A DNA stretch of 64,000 nt, taken from Escherichia phage vB_Ec-M-J. The notes under the pieces are model-generated. The model was not told where the DNA came from and did no database searches. It was given only the letters and a program-made list of their open reading frames with translations. Position numbers and translations under genes: made by a program. The stretch lies in sequence record OQ718158.1; one strand, 5' to 3'. Of the stretch, positions 1 through 10,209 are shown piece by piece (position 1 is the stretch's first letter; every line of letters begins with the position of its first letter).

Positions 1-35
1 TAATTTGGGCAGTTTTTATATTAGCAGTACTTTAA

Positions 36-58
36 AGCACCCTAGTGGTGCTTTTTCT
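36..58 (+). terminator. intrinsic terminator-like hairpin upstream of nrdD
   Basis: Stem agcacc/ggtgct (36-52) followed by a T-run. Confidence 0.4.
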
Positions 59-167
59 ATTTGTACAAATATAAAGCAATGTGACCTTTCCTTGATATAG
101 GTCAAGAGAAATACCCTGTTCTGACGCTATAATGGTGTCTGGTGATGTTAAATAACTTCACCCCCAG

Positions 168-2000
168 ATGATTTCAAAATACAAGGAAAGTAAAATGCAA
201 TTAGATAAATTATATACTGACGTAACAAATTTCCTAAATCAGAGCAATACTGATCTTACAAATGAAAATGCAAACAAAGATGCGAAATGCGTCAATACAC
301 ACAGGGATTTACTTGCTGGTATCCTATCTAAGCATTATTCACAAGATGTTATTCCAAAGGAGCTAATGCAGTGGCATAATGATGGTTATGGTCACATTCA
401 TGATTTAGACTACTATATCAGCCCATTAACTAACTGCTGCTTGGTTAACTACCCAGATATGCTAAAAAATGGATTTACCATTGGTTGTGCAAAAATTGAA
501 GAACCAAAGAGTTTTAGTGTAGCATGTACAGTACTGACACAAATTGTACAAGCTGTTGCTAGTTCCCAGTACGGTGGTCAATCGTTGGCTCATATCGACG
601 TGGGTCTTGAACCTTACGTCCAAAAGTCGTGGGATAAGCTATTAGCGAAGCAAAAGGCATATAATCTCAGTACTGAATACATTGAGGAAGAATTACGAAA
701 AGAAGTCTATGATGGGTGTCAAACCTTACTTTACCAGACAAATTCAATGATTAGTACAAATGGTCAAGCAGCATTCATTTCTCTTAGTTTGGGACTGAAT
801 ACTTCAAAATTTGGTAAATTAATCACTGAACAGTACTTAAAAGTACATGAGAATGGTTTAGGTAAAGATAAGATTACTCCTGTGTTTCCTAAAGTAATTT
901 TCTTTTTACAGGACGGAATCAACATGAATAGCGATGATTGCAACTATGACATGAAACAGTTGGCAATGCGTTGTGCATCGAAGAGAATCTACCCAGACTT
1001 CGTTTCTGTGCCGTTAAATCACAAAGTTACAGGAAGTGGCAGTACAGCAGTAACTCCGATGGGTTGTCGTTCATTTTTAGGAAAATGGGAAGATTCCAAT
1101 GGAAATGAGCAATATAACGGTCGTTTCAACTTAGGCGTAGTTTCTATCAATTTACCTCTAATTGCTCTTGAAAGTGCCTCAGATGGAGAGTTTTTTGATA
1201 AAATAGACGAGCATATGAATATTGCATATCGTGCTCAGATGAACCGTGTAGAGCGTTTAAAAGGCACAAAAGCGAAGCAGAATCCGATTTTGTTCATGGA
1301 AGGTGCACTTTCACGTTTAGGGGCAGAAGAAACGATTGACAAGCTATTTTATAACGGATATGCTAGTATTAGTATTGGTTACGTTGGTTTAGTTGAATGT
1401 TCAGAAATTCTGACTGGTTCTATCAGTAAGGAGTTCTGCATGTCAGTACTGAATTATATGAAAGTAAAATGCGATGAGTTCAAAAAAGAGAGTAATATAG
1501 CTTTTAGTCTATATGGAACCCCAGCAGAGTCACTTTGCTACAAATTTGCACGTTGCATCGAATCTAAATACCCTTCAGTACTAAAACGTGATTACATCAC
1601 AAATTCCTTCCACCAACCAGTATGGGTAGCAAGTTCACCATTTGATAAGTGGAGTTACGAAGAGGGTTTTGCTTACCTCAGTAATGGTGGAAACATCAGT
1701 TATGTTGAATCACCCAACCTAAGTAACAATATTCAAGCACTTGAGACTTTAGTCAATTACGCTTACACAAAGATCCCATATTTTGGTATCAACCAGCCAA
1801 TTGACCAGTGTTACGAGTGTGGGTATAAAGGTGAGTTCAGTGTAGATAAACACGGTTTTCATTGTCCAGTATGTGATAATCGCAATGAGAAGACAATCTC
1901 AGTGATTCGTCGTGTTTCTGGATATTTGGGGAACCCATCGTCTCGTGGATTCAACAAAGGCAAACAACAAGAATGTTGTGAGCGTATACAACACAAATAA
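168..2000 (+). CDS. nrdD: anaerobic ribonucleoside-triphosphate reductase (class III RNR)
   Basis: 610 aa; C-terminal Cys cluster (CYECG...CPVC) and glycyl-radical motif RVSGYLG; NrdG gene immediately downstream. Confidence 0.9.
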   Translation: MISKYKESKMQLDKLYTDVTNFLNQSNTDLTNENANKDAKCVNTHRDLLAGILSKHYSQDVIPKELMQWHNDGYGHIHDLDYYISPLTNCCLVNYPDMLKNGFTIGCAKIEEPKSFSVACTVLTQIVQAVASSQYGGQSLAHIDVGLEPYVQKSWDKLLAKQKAYNLSTEYIEEELRKEVYDGCQTLLYQTNSMISTNGQAAFISLSLGLNTSKFGKLITEQYLKVHENGLGKDKITPVFPKVIFFLQDGINMNSDDCNYDMKQLAMRCASKRIYPDFVSVPLNHKVTGSGSTAVTPMGCRSFLGKWEDSNGNEQYNGRFNLGVVSINLPLIALESASDGEFFDKIDEHMNIAYRAQMNRVERLKGTKAKQNPILFMEGALSRLGAEETIDKLFYNGYASISIGYVGLVECSEILTGSISKEFCMSVLNYMKVKCDEFKKESNIAFSLYGTPAESLCYKFARCIESKYPSVLKRDYITNSFHQPVWVASSPFDKWSYEEGFAYLSNGGNISYVESPNLSNNIQALETLVNYAYTKIPYFGINQPIDQCYECGYKGEFSVDKHGFHCPVCDNRNEKTISVIRRVSGYLGNPSSRGFNKGKQQECCERIQHK

Positions 2001-2008
2001 GGTACATT

Positions 2009-2335
2009 ATGGATTTAAAGCCAATTGTGGTTAACAAATATAAAGAACCGTATGATGTGTATATCGGGCGTGGGTCTAAATGGGGAAACCCATTTACCCA
2101 TATCAGTGATAAACAGACCAAAGCCGAGTTCATTGTTGCTACAAGGGAAGAATCAATCGAAAAGTTCAGAGAATACATTATTGAGCGTATTTCTAATGGA
2201 GAAGTTAAGATTGATGATTTACTTGAGTTAGCAGGGAAACGTCTTGGCTGTTTCTGTAAACCGAAATCATGTCATGGTGATGTTCTCGTTGAGATAGTGA
2301 GTGCAATATTAGATGAATTACCAGACGATAATTAA
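2009..2335 (+). CDS. conserved phage protein, DUF4326-like (CxC...CHGD motif)
   Basis: 108 aa; motifs YIGRGSKWGNPF and GCFCKPKSCHGD; sits between nrdD and nrdG. Confidence 0.5.
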   Translation: MDLKPIVVNKYKEPYDVYIGRGSKWGNPFTHISDKQTKAEFIVATREESIEKFREYIIERISNGEVKIDDLLELAGKRLGCFCKPKSCHGDVLVEIVSAILDELPDDN

Positions 2336-2783
2336 AGACGACCTTATTAATGGGGAGGGAGTAAGATGCTCCCTTTTTGTTAGTGGGTGCAGTCATGGAT
2401 GTGACGGATGCTTCAACGAAGAGGCATGGGATTATAGAAGTGGGCAAGAGTTCAGTACTGATACAATTGATACAATTTTAGCTGAACTCAGCAAACCGTA
2501 CATTAGTGGGTTATCACTCCTTGGTGGAGATCCTCTAATGAAAAAGAACATCGAAACAATTTTAGAGCTATGTAAAATTGTAAAAGAGACTTATCCCAAT
2601 AAAACTATTTGGTGCTGGAGTGGATATACTTTAGAAGAGATTATGGATAATCATGCTAAAGACATTCTTCAGTACTTAGATGTATTAGTTGATGGTAAAT
2701 TTGTTTCAGAAGAAAAGAATTTAACATTACCATTTCGTGGTTCAAATAACCAACGTATACTTTATAAAAATAAAAATTTTTAA
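2313..2783 (+). CDS. nrdG: anaerobic RNR activating enzyme (radical SAM)
   Basis: 156 aa; starts MNY like E. coli NrdG; CxxxCxxC radical-SAM motif CSHGCDGC; GGDPL motif. Confidence 0.9.
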   Translation: MNYQTIIKDDLINGEGVRCSLFVSGCSHGCDGCFNEEAWDYRSGQEFSTDTIDTILAELSKPYISGLSLLGGDPLMKKNIETILELCKIVKETYPNKTIWCWSGYTLEEIMDNHAKDILQYLDVLVDGKFVSEEKNLTLPFRGSNNQRILYKNKNF

Positions 2784-2785
2784 CA

Positions 2786-2816
2786 AAAAAGCACCCAAAT
2801 GGGTGCTTTGTCTATT
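2786..2816. terminator. bidirectional intrinsic terminator between convergent genes
   Basis: Hairpin gcaccc-aaat-gggtgc flanked by an A-run 5' and T-rich 3'. Confidence 0.6.
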
Positions 2817-4002
2817 TTGGTGTTTGTAACGTTACAAACGAACCAGTTAATGTATCAGAAGTTGGGTTTATACCAGTATACATAACACCATTACTTATTA
2901 CTATTGCAGTAAGGTTGTAAGACATTGAAATGAAATCATCAGAATCAGTTAGTGAATTTGGAATTAAACTAAATGTAAGTGTTGGATTTGGATTGGAACC
3001 CAAACGAGTTGTATAGTTTCCACCAGTTCCATATAAACCATCTGATTTTTTTATACCTATACCAAAATATCCTTCTGAATATACTGGATACAATTTATAA
3101 TCAGTTCCCATATCAAATGCAATCAAAGTTGGGTTTACAACGTTTCCTGATGCAGAAACACCATTACCCAAGTTACCAGCTATTCGGTTACCACATACCC
3201 ACATTTCATCAACCGATGTTGTAGTATTACGTAATACCATATATGTACCATAGTAAGAAACCATAATATCCGAAACGGTGTATGATGCTTTTGTATATTC
3301 TGTGAACGTTGTTAAGGCAGTTGTGTTACCCGTTCCAAGCTGCCCATTATTATTGATACCACATCGAAAAAGTGTATTATTATTTTTTAATATCCAAGTT
3401 CCATTATCAGCAGCTATACATATTTTTTTAACATCAGTACTAATTAATGTGAATTTAGTTACTGCTGATGTGTTTCCAGTTCCTAATGTACCATTAGCAT
3501 TTCTACCCATTCCGTAAGCTGAACCATCATTGAAATGTATAATTATATTATCCACCCAAACATGTATATCTTTTATATTATTGAGTTGTTCTTCTGTAAA
3601 TACACTAGAAAAGTAACTAGTTCTATCTACATAAACATTCGAGAATGATGACACACCCCCAAATGCATAAGTCGTGGTTGAGCATGATAAAAATTCATCA
3701 GTTTTCGTTTGTAATAATATAAATCGTCCAAAGGAACACCAAGCGTTTTTAACATTACTTCGGATAAGGGTCCAGGTAGTACGGTTAGTGCTTACATCAC
3801 CATCACCAAAAATATAATTTGAACCAGCACCACTACCACCACCACCACCAATTCCCCATAACTCACCATTATCATATAATATTATGATAGCAGAATAGTT
3901 GCTCGTTGTTGGTGTTAGTATTTTAGATATATTTGGTGTTGGAGCACGATTTCCGTACTTCACCATTCTTGCAAATGGAAGCATTTTAAGTCTCCTTATC
4001 AT
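2812..4002 (-). CDS. RCC1-like beta-propeller repeat protein
   Basis: 396 aa; repeated G-x-N-x-x-GQLGTGNT-type motifs (four or more); Gly-rich GGGGGSGAGS segment; only minus-strand gene in this plus-strand block. Confidence 0.5.
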   Translation of the reverse strand: MIRRLKMLPFARMVKYGNRAPTPNISKILTPTTSNYSAIIILYDNGELWGIGGGGGSGAGSNYIFGDGDVSTNRTTWTLIRSNVKNAWCSFGRFILLQTKTDEFLSCSTTTYAFGGVSSFSNVYVDRTSYFSSVFTEEQLNNIKDIHVWVDNIIIHFNDGSAYGMGRNANGTLGTGNTSAVTKFTLISTDVKKICIAADNGTWILKNNNTLFRCGINNNGQLGTGNTTALTTFTEYTKASYTVSDIMVSYYGTYMVLRNTTTSVDEMWVCGNRIAGNLGNGVSASGNVVNPTLIAFDMGTDYKLYPVYSEGYFGIGIKKSDGLYGTGGNYTTRLGSNPNPTLTFSLIPNSLTDSDDFISMSYNLTAIVISNGVMYTGINPTSDTLTGSFVTLQTPK

Positions 4003-4051
4003 TATTATATAGTATATTTATGCAACTTTCCTTTAGTTCGCTTTTAGTAAC

Positions 4052-4063
4052 CTCTAATAAATA
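4052..4063 (+). promoter_or_regulatory. late-promoter-like motif CTCTAATAAATA
   Basis: About 33 nt upstream of the 4097 start; same motif class recurs at 13894-13904 and 29867-29877. Confidence 0.35.
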
Positions 4064-4096
4064 CAGTAACTAATATCTAAATTACAAGGGATATGT

Positions 4097-6793
4097 ATGT
4101 CAAAGAAAATATATGGTGGCTTAGACGTCACTCATAATGTGACAGTTAAAGGGAAAAGAACAGTACAGGGCATCAATGAACAAGTATTTGATGCTAATGG
4201 TAATATGGAAATTGATACATATTCCAAAGAAGAATTACTTGATGTAATTAGTTTACTTCCAATCTCGCATTATGGTACACATAACTATCTACCTGCTGGG
4301 GTATCTGGTGATTTTAATGGTGCATCAGAAAACCAATCCCAACGTAGAAACAAAATACTTTTAGAAAACGATGGCACATTAGTACTATTACGTAGTGGTA
4401 CAAACGGTAGTGTTGAAGGTTTATTTTATTCTTACCTAGCGAACGCATTATCCGTTACCGATATGAGCCGTACTGTTAATACAAGCCGTCAGTATAAGCC
4501 TGGCTATTTTGGGGCAAACCGTGTTGCTATTGGTTTATACAATACCGATTCAAAAATACTGTTAGGTCGTTACAATGACACATCTACCAATACTAATGGG
4601 TTGTTTATATCAGTAACGAATGGTACATTGGATGATACTCAACATAGTGGTCTTTTTGTGAACCAAGCTGATATTTCACCTGAAGGTGGGATTGAGTATG
4701 CTATGATGGCAGAAGACGGTTCAGTTTATGTATTCAACGTCCTTAATGAAAATAACAAACTACAGATTGTTGTTGTTCGTGTTGTATTGAATATTGCAAA
4801 CGGTACTTATACTGCTACCCGAATCACGGGGTGGACAACAAAAACTTTTTACAATACTACATATACTGCTCAGAATAATATGATCATTACTGACCATGTT
4901 AACTCAACTAATATTGCTGATAAGCCCTATGTCTATGTACCACAAAATTTGGCTGGTATGGGGATTTATATGACATCTATCGATTTATATGTTGCTCAGG
5001 AGCCAGGAACGCAGAACTTCCGATTCAGAATGAATGGTGACGCATGGTTCACTATGGCAAACTACAATACCCGACCACAGCATAGTTATAGTTTCAATTT
5101 TAACATGAGTACTAAACAATGTAACTTGGATAATGGGAACGATATTGGTACATTTGCTGCACCATTTGTTGTTACAAACACAGGTTCGGCATTGGTTGCT
5201 ACTGGTAATGTTCTCAACAACGATCCGTTATATGACCATAGCGGTGCAAGAAACATTTACAGTTCATATTATTATTTGAATACAGGTGAAGTATTCTGTA
5301 CTGCATGTCCAAACTTAGCAGAACCATTACTTATGCAGAAAGCTAAATTTACTGCACAATCAATATATAGCATGATTAATGTACGTGCGAACATTTCAAC
5401 TGATTTCAGAAATGGCATAGTTCGTCCTTCATTTGGTTCAGCAGTTGGTTCTTTTATTAACGGCGTAGAATTGCTTCCAGGGAACAGTACTAAACAGTAT
5501 TCTCGTTCAACTGGTTCTGGTGCATTCCGTCCATCTTATGCAGTTCATAAAAGTACTCCTAACTTTACGTTTAATTCTTTATCACGTGGAACCATACAAG
5601 GTTATGAGCCAACAACAGAACGTGCTAATGTGACAGATAACACGAACAACAGAGTTTTTATTAGTTCCATTAGTGGTAATAATGTTACTACAAATGGTGG
5701 GATATTCATGGTAGGTCAGAGATATTCCCAATCACTATCATATGATAAAAATATGAACGGAACTGGTATCATTAGTGTTACTCAATCTGTACTTGATAAT
5801 TTCAGAAATGCTGAATACGCCAAAGTACTAAGCGACTGGAACTTATCTTCTGCTGCTTATAAAGATATGACATTGTTTGTTCCACAACAAACTGATATAC
5901 CTGCATTCGTAATGCTAAGTACAGTTACAAATACATATCAGAACTATATTAGAATTGCTGAAGTGAATGTGAATACACGTTCAGGTAATATCACTACAAT
6001 TACCTTCAAGCGTTTAGTACTAGAAAACGTTTACGGAAGTAACTTTACACCAAATGGTAATGGTAGTTTTGCATTGTCTTCTGTTGGTTTAACAATATAT
6101 GATGGTGGTTCTTTCTACTTCATAGGTGGTTCTGACCCATTATCTCACCCAACTATTGGTAATACAAACACACACCAATTCAGAGCATATGTAACAAAAG
6201 CAACTGCACAATTTGATAGTTTTATTATCAGTGGTTCACATGCAAGTTATGAGCAAGGTATTCAACCAGCAGCTTTACCTGGTATTGGTTTTGGTTATTT
6301 CCAAGCAATAGACTATGTAAACAAAATGACTTTCCAAAAATGTGGTACTACAATTGCTGATTATAATAACTGGACTGCTCAAGGTGCACCGATTAACGTA
6401 GTTTCACAAGACGTTGCTCAAGGTTTTATTGTGTACTTCACAGAAGAAACTCCAGTAATTCTTTCTGGTAAAGCATTTACATTACCGATTACTAGTATAA
6501 ACTTAACTACAGTTAAGGCTAATCCAGCAAACACATTATTTCATGTATATGTTAAAATGGAACAAGGTAATGCAAAATATGTAATAACAACTGATGTTAT
6601 TTCAGAGACTGGTACTACAGCATATAATATTTTCTGGATAGGTACTATACAAACAAACTCACTACAAATATCAAATGTTAACATACAAAAACGTTCAAGA
6701 TTGGATATTTTCGGTGCGTCACTTGAAGCTGCTGGTTCTTCATTCCCAGTTAGTTATGGTCTACCGTCACAAACAGGAACAATCAATTGGTAA
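4097..6793 (+). CDS. putative tail fibre / receptor-binding protein, paralog A
   Basis: 898 aa; paralogous to 7410..10139 (shared LLRSGTNGS and FIVYFTEE blocks); C-terminal module SFPVS.G.P.QTGT..W also in 6806..7393. Confidence 0.5.
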   Translation: MSKKIYGGLDVTHNVTVKGKRTVQGINEQVFDANGNMEIDTYSKEELLDVISLLPISHYGTHNYLPAGVSGDFNGASENQSQRRNKILLENDGTLVLLRSGTNGSVEGLFYSYLANALSVTDMSRTVNTSRQYKPGYFGANRVAIGLYNTDSKILLGRYNDTSTNTNGLFISVTNGTLDDTQHSGLFVNQADISPEGGIEYAMMAEDGSVYVFNVLNENNKLQIVVVRVVLNIANGTYTATRITGWTTKTFYNTTYTAQNNMIITDHVNSTNIADKPYVYVPQNLAGMGIYMTSIDLYVAQEPGTQNFRFRMNGDAWFTMANYNTRPQHSYSFNFNMSTKQCNLDNGNDIGTFAAPFVVTNTGSALVATGNVLNNDPLYDHSGARNIYSSYYYLNTGEVFCTACPNLAEPLLMQKAKFTAQSIYSMINVRANISTDFRNGIVRPSFGSAVGSFINGVELLPGNSTKQYSRSTGSGAFRPSYAVHKSTPNFTFNSLSRGTIQGYEPTTERANVTDNTNNRVFISSISGNNVTTNGGIFMVGQRYSQSLSYDKNMNGTGIISVTQSVLDNFRNAEYAKVLSDWNLSSAAYKDMTLFVPQQTDIPAFVMLSTVTNTYQNYIRIAEVNVNTRSGNITTITFKRLVLENVYGSNFTPNGNGSFALSSVGLTIYDGGSFYFIGGSDPLSHPTIGNTNTHQFRAYVTKATAQFDSFIISGSHASYEQGIQPAALPGIGFGYFQAIDYVNKMTFQKCGTTIADYNNWTAQGAPINVVSQDVAQGFIVYFTEETPVILSGKAFTLPITSINLTTVKANPANTLFHVYVKMEQGNAKYVITTDVISETGTTAYNIFWIGTIQTNSLQISNVNIQKRSRLDIFGASLEAAGSSFPVSYGLPSQTGTINW

Positions 6794-6805
6794 AGGATTA
6801 ATCTT

Positions 6806-7393
6806 ATGGCATATATTATAAGATCCGATATCGAAGCTATGTCACAAATCGTAGTCCAGAATAAAAACACTGGACTATCTATTAGTGATATTAATGACGT
6901 ATCGTATCGAACAGACGCAAATGGGGAATGTACATTCCCCCTCTTAACAAAAGATGAAGTTGATTCTATTGTTAACGGTTTACCATTATCACAATATGGT
7001 GAACTTTATGATGTATCTAGTTTGTCAATTACATCAAGCGGTTATTCATTACGTTTTAACCGAGAGATACCTGCATTCATCGGTGGCTATCTTTATAATT
7101 ACCCTGTTGTTGCAGTGACAGCACCAACAGTGGCATCAGGAACACAAACACAATATGTATACGCTACTTTAGTACTGGGTGAGCCAATTTATAGAATCTC
7201 AACTTCACAATTACAAGAATCACAGATTATAATGTTCATCGGGACTATTACCGTTGGAACTTCTGGTATTACTGCTATCAACATTGAACGCGTATCACGA
7301 TTCAATACATACAGACCAAGTACAACACAAAAAGGTTCATCTTTCCCAGTCAGTACTGGAAATCCAACACAAACTGGTACATTAGGCTGGTAA
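6806..7393 (+). CDS. small fibre-related protein sharing the C-terminal module of the flanking fibre genes
   Basis: 195 aa; C-terminus RFNTYRPSTTQKGSSFPVSTGNPTQTGTLGW parallels the C-termini of both neighbours. Confidence 0.45.
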   Translation: MAYIIRSDIEAMSQIVVQNKNTGLSISDINDVSYRTDANGECTFPLLTKDEVDSIVNGLPLSQYGELYDVSSLSITSSGYSLRFNREIPAFIGGYLYNYPVVAVTAPTVASGTQTQYVYATLVLGEPIYRISTSQLQESQIIMFIGTITVGTSGITAINIERVSRFNTYRPSTTQKGSSFPVSTGNPTQTGTLGW

Positions 7394-7409
7394 TTAAAGG
7401 AAAAAGAAT

Positions 7410-10139
7410 ATGTCATCCAAACGCATCATTGGTAGTGCTGCTATACTTGGAAATTTAGCAATTGGTGGAAAGTACGCTATGCGTACTTTTAATGGTACAG
7501 CACCAGACGCAAATACAGGTATTGTTGACTATCCAATTTATAAAAGATCAGAAGTTCAAAAAATACTTGATATGTTACCAATCTCCCGTATAGGGGAAAT
7601 GGATTATCTACCATTAAACGTTAATGGTTCATACGAAGGGGCAACGTCGCTTTCAGATGTATACCGTATGCAACCAACAATAGTCGAAGATGATGGTACT
7701 GGTGTGGTATTACGTGCTGGTACAAATGGTAGTACTGAAGGATATTACTATGCATTCATTCGTGATTTGCGTAATATTGATGCACTAACACAAAGTAGTG
7801 TTATCAGTACTACATCAAAATATCATCCTAGAATTCTTCCAAGTACTGAAAATGTTAAACAGTTTATCGGAACGAATGGTTATGAATTACTAGTTAGCCT
7901 ATCTAGTGCAAGTAATTATATTTTCACTTTAACAAATGGTACATTTAACGAAGTTGCACATATTCACGCTTCTATCGCTGCTACATCATTTGGTACAGAT
8001 AAACCATTGTATGCACATATCGTTAATGATAAAGTATTTGTGTGGTGCAAAGACACTACTATAGCAAACTATGGTTTGGCTTTAACATTATATACTGTTA
8101 ATACAAGTAGTATTAAAGATGGTACTATGAGTACTTTTGCTAAGGTTACTGGTTTTTCTGGTCAAACCTTAAGAAGTGTTAACTACACAAGTGCTAATAA
8201 TTTGAAAATTTATGAAAGATTATATTCAGTTGGAACTAGTAGTGATTCATTATTTGAATGCACTTCACCAGTTACACGAGTTGAATATTCAGATTATACA
8301 GATTATAATATACAAGCAAACGTAAGTCCAGATTTATCAAAGATTAGAATTACATTATTTCCAACTAACCGTTTAGTATCAAATCTATATATTAGTACTG
8401 TTTATGCTAGTGGTTTTAGTTTTGTTTATACTATCAACTCTAAATCATTATCAATTGATGGAAGTAGTAGAGCACCAATAGCAGCGGAATATAATGATGT
8501 TGATGGATTCACATTAACAAACCCATTTGCCATTGAGATGAACAACTTCATGGGTACACAGTTAGGTGTTCCGCAATTAGGTAACGTTGGTTCTATATGC
8601 CAAACCTATGACGGTTTAGTATTCAGTACTCGTGCTCGTTGGAGTTCTTCTGAAACCTATGGTATTCAGGTTTATAACGTAACAGGAACACCATATGATA
8701 GTTGGGTTGCCAGTACTCGCAAAGCGAACAATTCTAAATTTGTAAACGTTGCCCCAACATATGGTAGTGCAGTAGGTGAAAACCTTTTAGGAACACGTTT
8801 TATTGATAAACGTAAAGTACTGTTAGCATGTTCTGGAACATATGAAGATGAGTCATATGGTTATAACAATACAGTATTTTCTGAAATTGGCACTGATCCA
8901 ACCTTCCAGTTCAATTCAGTACAAAACAATACAACACTTAATGGTTTTGCACCACAAGCCAACCGAACTCGCCTCGGCGACAACTACAAATATACAGGTA
9001 TGATTTCATTAATTGATACTGACGGTTCAGTTAAATGTTATGGGACATCATTCATTGAAGGTGTATACAAAACAAGTGGTGGTTTGTTTAACCCAGATAC
9101 TTTAGAATTTGATGGTTCTTATACAATTGGTGATAATGTTCTGGAAACATTAAAACAAGAAATACTTGCTAATATTGGAATAGTAGGAGCATTTACTGGT
9201 AAAATTGCTTTATATTATGTACCAGATAGTTCTTTCTCAAAATCTATTGCGGTGGTTTCTGCATATAACTTAGGAAATAACCAAGGTTATGCAATATATT
9301 CTGAAGTTGATGTCACTGTTTCAGGAACCAATATTAGTTCTGCGTCTATGGTGAGTTCTAGATACGAAACACTTAATTCTGTAACAGGTATTGTAACCGA
9401 AGCCTATATGAAACGCTGTACTGGTCTAACTGTTGCTAAGTATTCTGGTTTTGGTTATATTGGTGTTGATGCAGTTCATCAGTTTTCACAACCTGGTAAT
9501 GCTCAATTCAAATTGATGATTGCTAAAACAGTGAATGGTTTGATTACATCTAACCGATTTATGTCATCCAGCTACATAGATAATGGCAATGCATTCCAGC
9601 ACGGAGTTATACCAGGTGTTGGATTTGGATACTATCATCTTCAAGATTCAGATTATCAAACTAAAGCAGTGTTTAGTCTCTTTGGGACAACATCAGCACA
9701 GATGGATGGGTTGATTGATGGTTCAGGAACTGTACAAGATAAAATCGTAGTAGTTTCACAAGATGTTGCTGAAGGTTTCACTGTGTACTTCACCCGTGAA
9801 GTTCCGGTATTCCTTGGTGGTATGTTTGATAGATTAGCGATTCAAACCATAGAATTAAGTACTATTAAAACTAACCCAGCTAACAGTACTTTTTATCTTT
9901 ACATTCAAATGAACCGTAACACAAGAAAAGCGGCATACGTTATCAGTACAACTCTTCTTGATGAGACATTGACAAACGTATATGTTGGTGATATTGTTAC
10001 TGGAAGTACGAGTATTACGTCAATTGATACTGAAAAGGTAACCCGATTCTTGACATACAGACCTAGTACGACCAAGCGTGGTTCTGCTATCCCAGCAAGT
10101 ACTGGTGTTCCTTCAAGCTCTGGTACACGTTGGCATTAA
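7410..10139 (+). CDS. putative tail fibre / receptor-binding protein, paralog B
   Basis: 909 aa; paralog of 4097..6793 with divergent central region. Confidence 0.5.
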   Translation: MSSKRIIGSAAILGNLAIGGKYAMRTFNGTAPDANTGIVDYPIYKRSEVQKILDMLPISRIGEMDYLPLNVNGSYEGATSLSDVYRMQPTIVEDDGTGVVLRAGTNGSTEGYYYAFIRDLRNIDALTQSSVISTTSKYHPRILPSTENVKQFIGTNGYELLVSLSSASNYIFTLTNGTFNEVAHIHASIAATSFGTDKPLYAHIVNDKVFVWCKDTTIANYGLALTLYTVNTSSIKDGTMSTFAKVTGFSGQTLRSVNYTSANNLKIYERLYSVGTSSDSLFECTSPVTRVEYSDYTDYNIQANVSPDLSKIRITLFPTNRLVSNLYISTVYASGFSFVYTINSKSLSIDGSSRAPIAAEYNDVDGFTLTNPFAIEMNNFMGTQLGVPQLGNVGSICQTYDGLVFSTRARWSSSETYGIQVYNVTGTPYDSWVASTRKANNSKFVNVAPTYGSAVGENLLGTRFIDKRKVLLACSGTYEDESYGYNNTVFSEIGTDPTFQFNSVQNNTTLNGFAPQANRTRLGDNYKYTGMISLIDTDGSVKCYGTSFIEGVYKTSGGLFNPDTLEFDGSYTIGDNVLETLKQEILANIGIVGAFTGKIALYYVPDSSFSKSIAVVSAYNLGNNQGYAIYSEVDVTVSGTNISSASMVSSRYETLNSVTGIVTEAYMKRCTGLTVAKYSGFGYIGVDAVHQFSQPGNAQFKLMIAKTVNGLITSNRFMSSSYIDNGNAFQHGVIPGVGFGYYHLQDSDYQTKAVFSLFGTTSAQMDGLIDGSGTVQDKIVVVSQDVAEGFTVYFTREVPVFLGGMFDRLAIQTIELSTIKTNPANSTFYLYIQMNRNTRKAAYVISTTLLDETLTNVYVGDIVTGSTSITSIDTEKVTRFLTYRPSTTKRGSAIPASTGVPSSSGTRWH

Positions 10140-10146
10140 AAATTTT

Positions 10147-10176
10147 AAGCTCGTCTATTGACGGGCTTTTCTTTTA
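10147..10176 (+). terminator. intrinsic terminator after fibre gene
   Basis: Hairpin gctcgtc-tatt-gacgggc followed by ttttctttt. Confidence 0.6.
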
Positions 10177-10186
10177 TGTGTATAAT
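10158..10186 (+). promoter_or_regulatory. sigma70-like promoter (TTGACG-17-TATAAT) overlapping the terminator
   Basis: -35 ttgacg 10158-10163, -10 tataat 10181-10186, TG two bases upstream of the -10. Confidence 0.5.
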
Positions 10187-10209
10187 GCTAGAAAATACAG
10201 GAGGAAATT

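Noticed and set aside
168-2000. Group I intron or intein in nrdD or td, as in T4.
   Set aside because: Both genes are single uninterrupted ORFs with continuous motif order.
1951-2447. Small overlapping ORFs around the nrdD-nrdG junction (1951..2178 minus, 2025..2231 plus, 2205..2447 minus) and similar short overlapping ORFs throughout the track.
   Set aside because: They are fully embedded in better-supported genes in other frames or strands and have no start signals; treated as frame artefacts.
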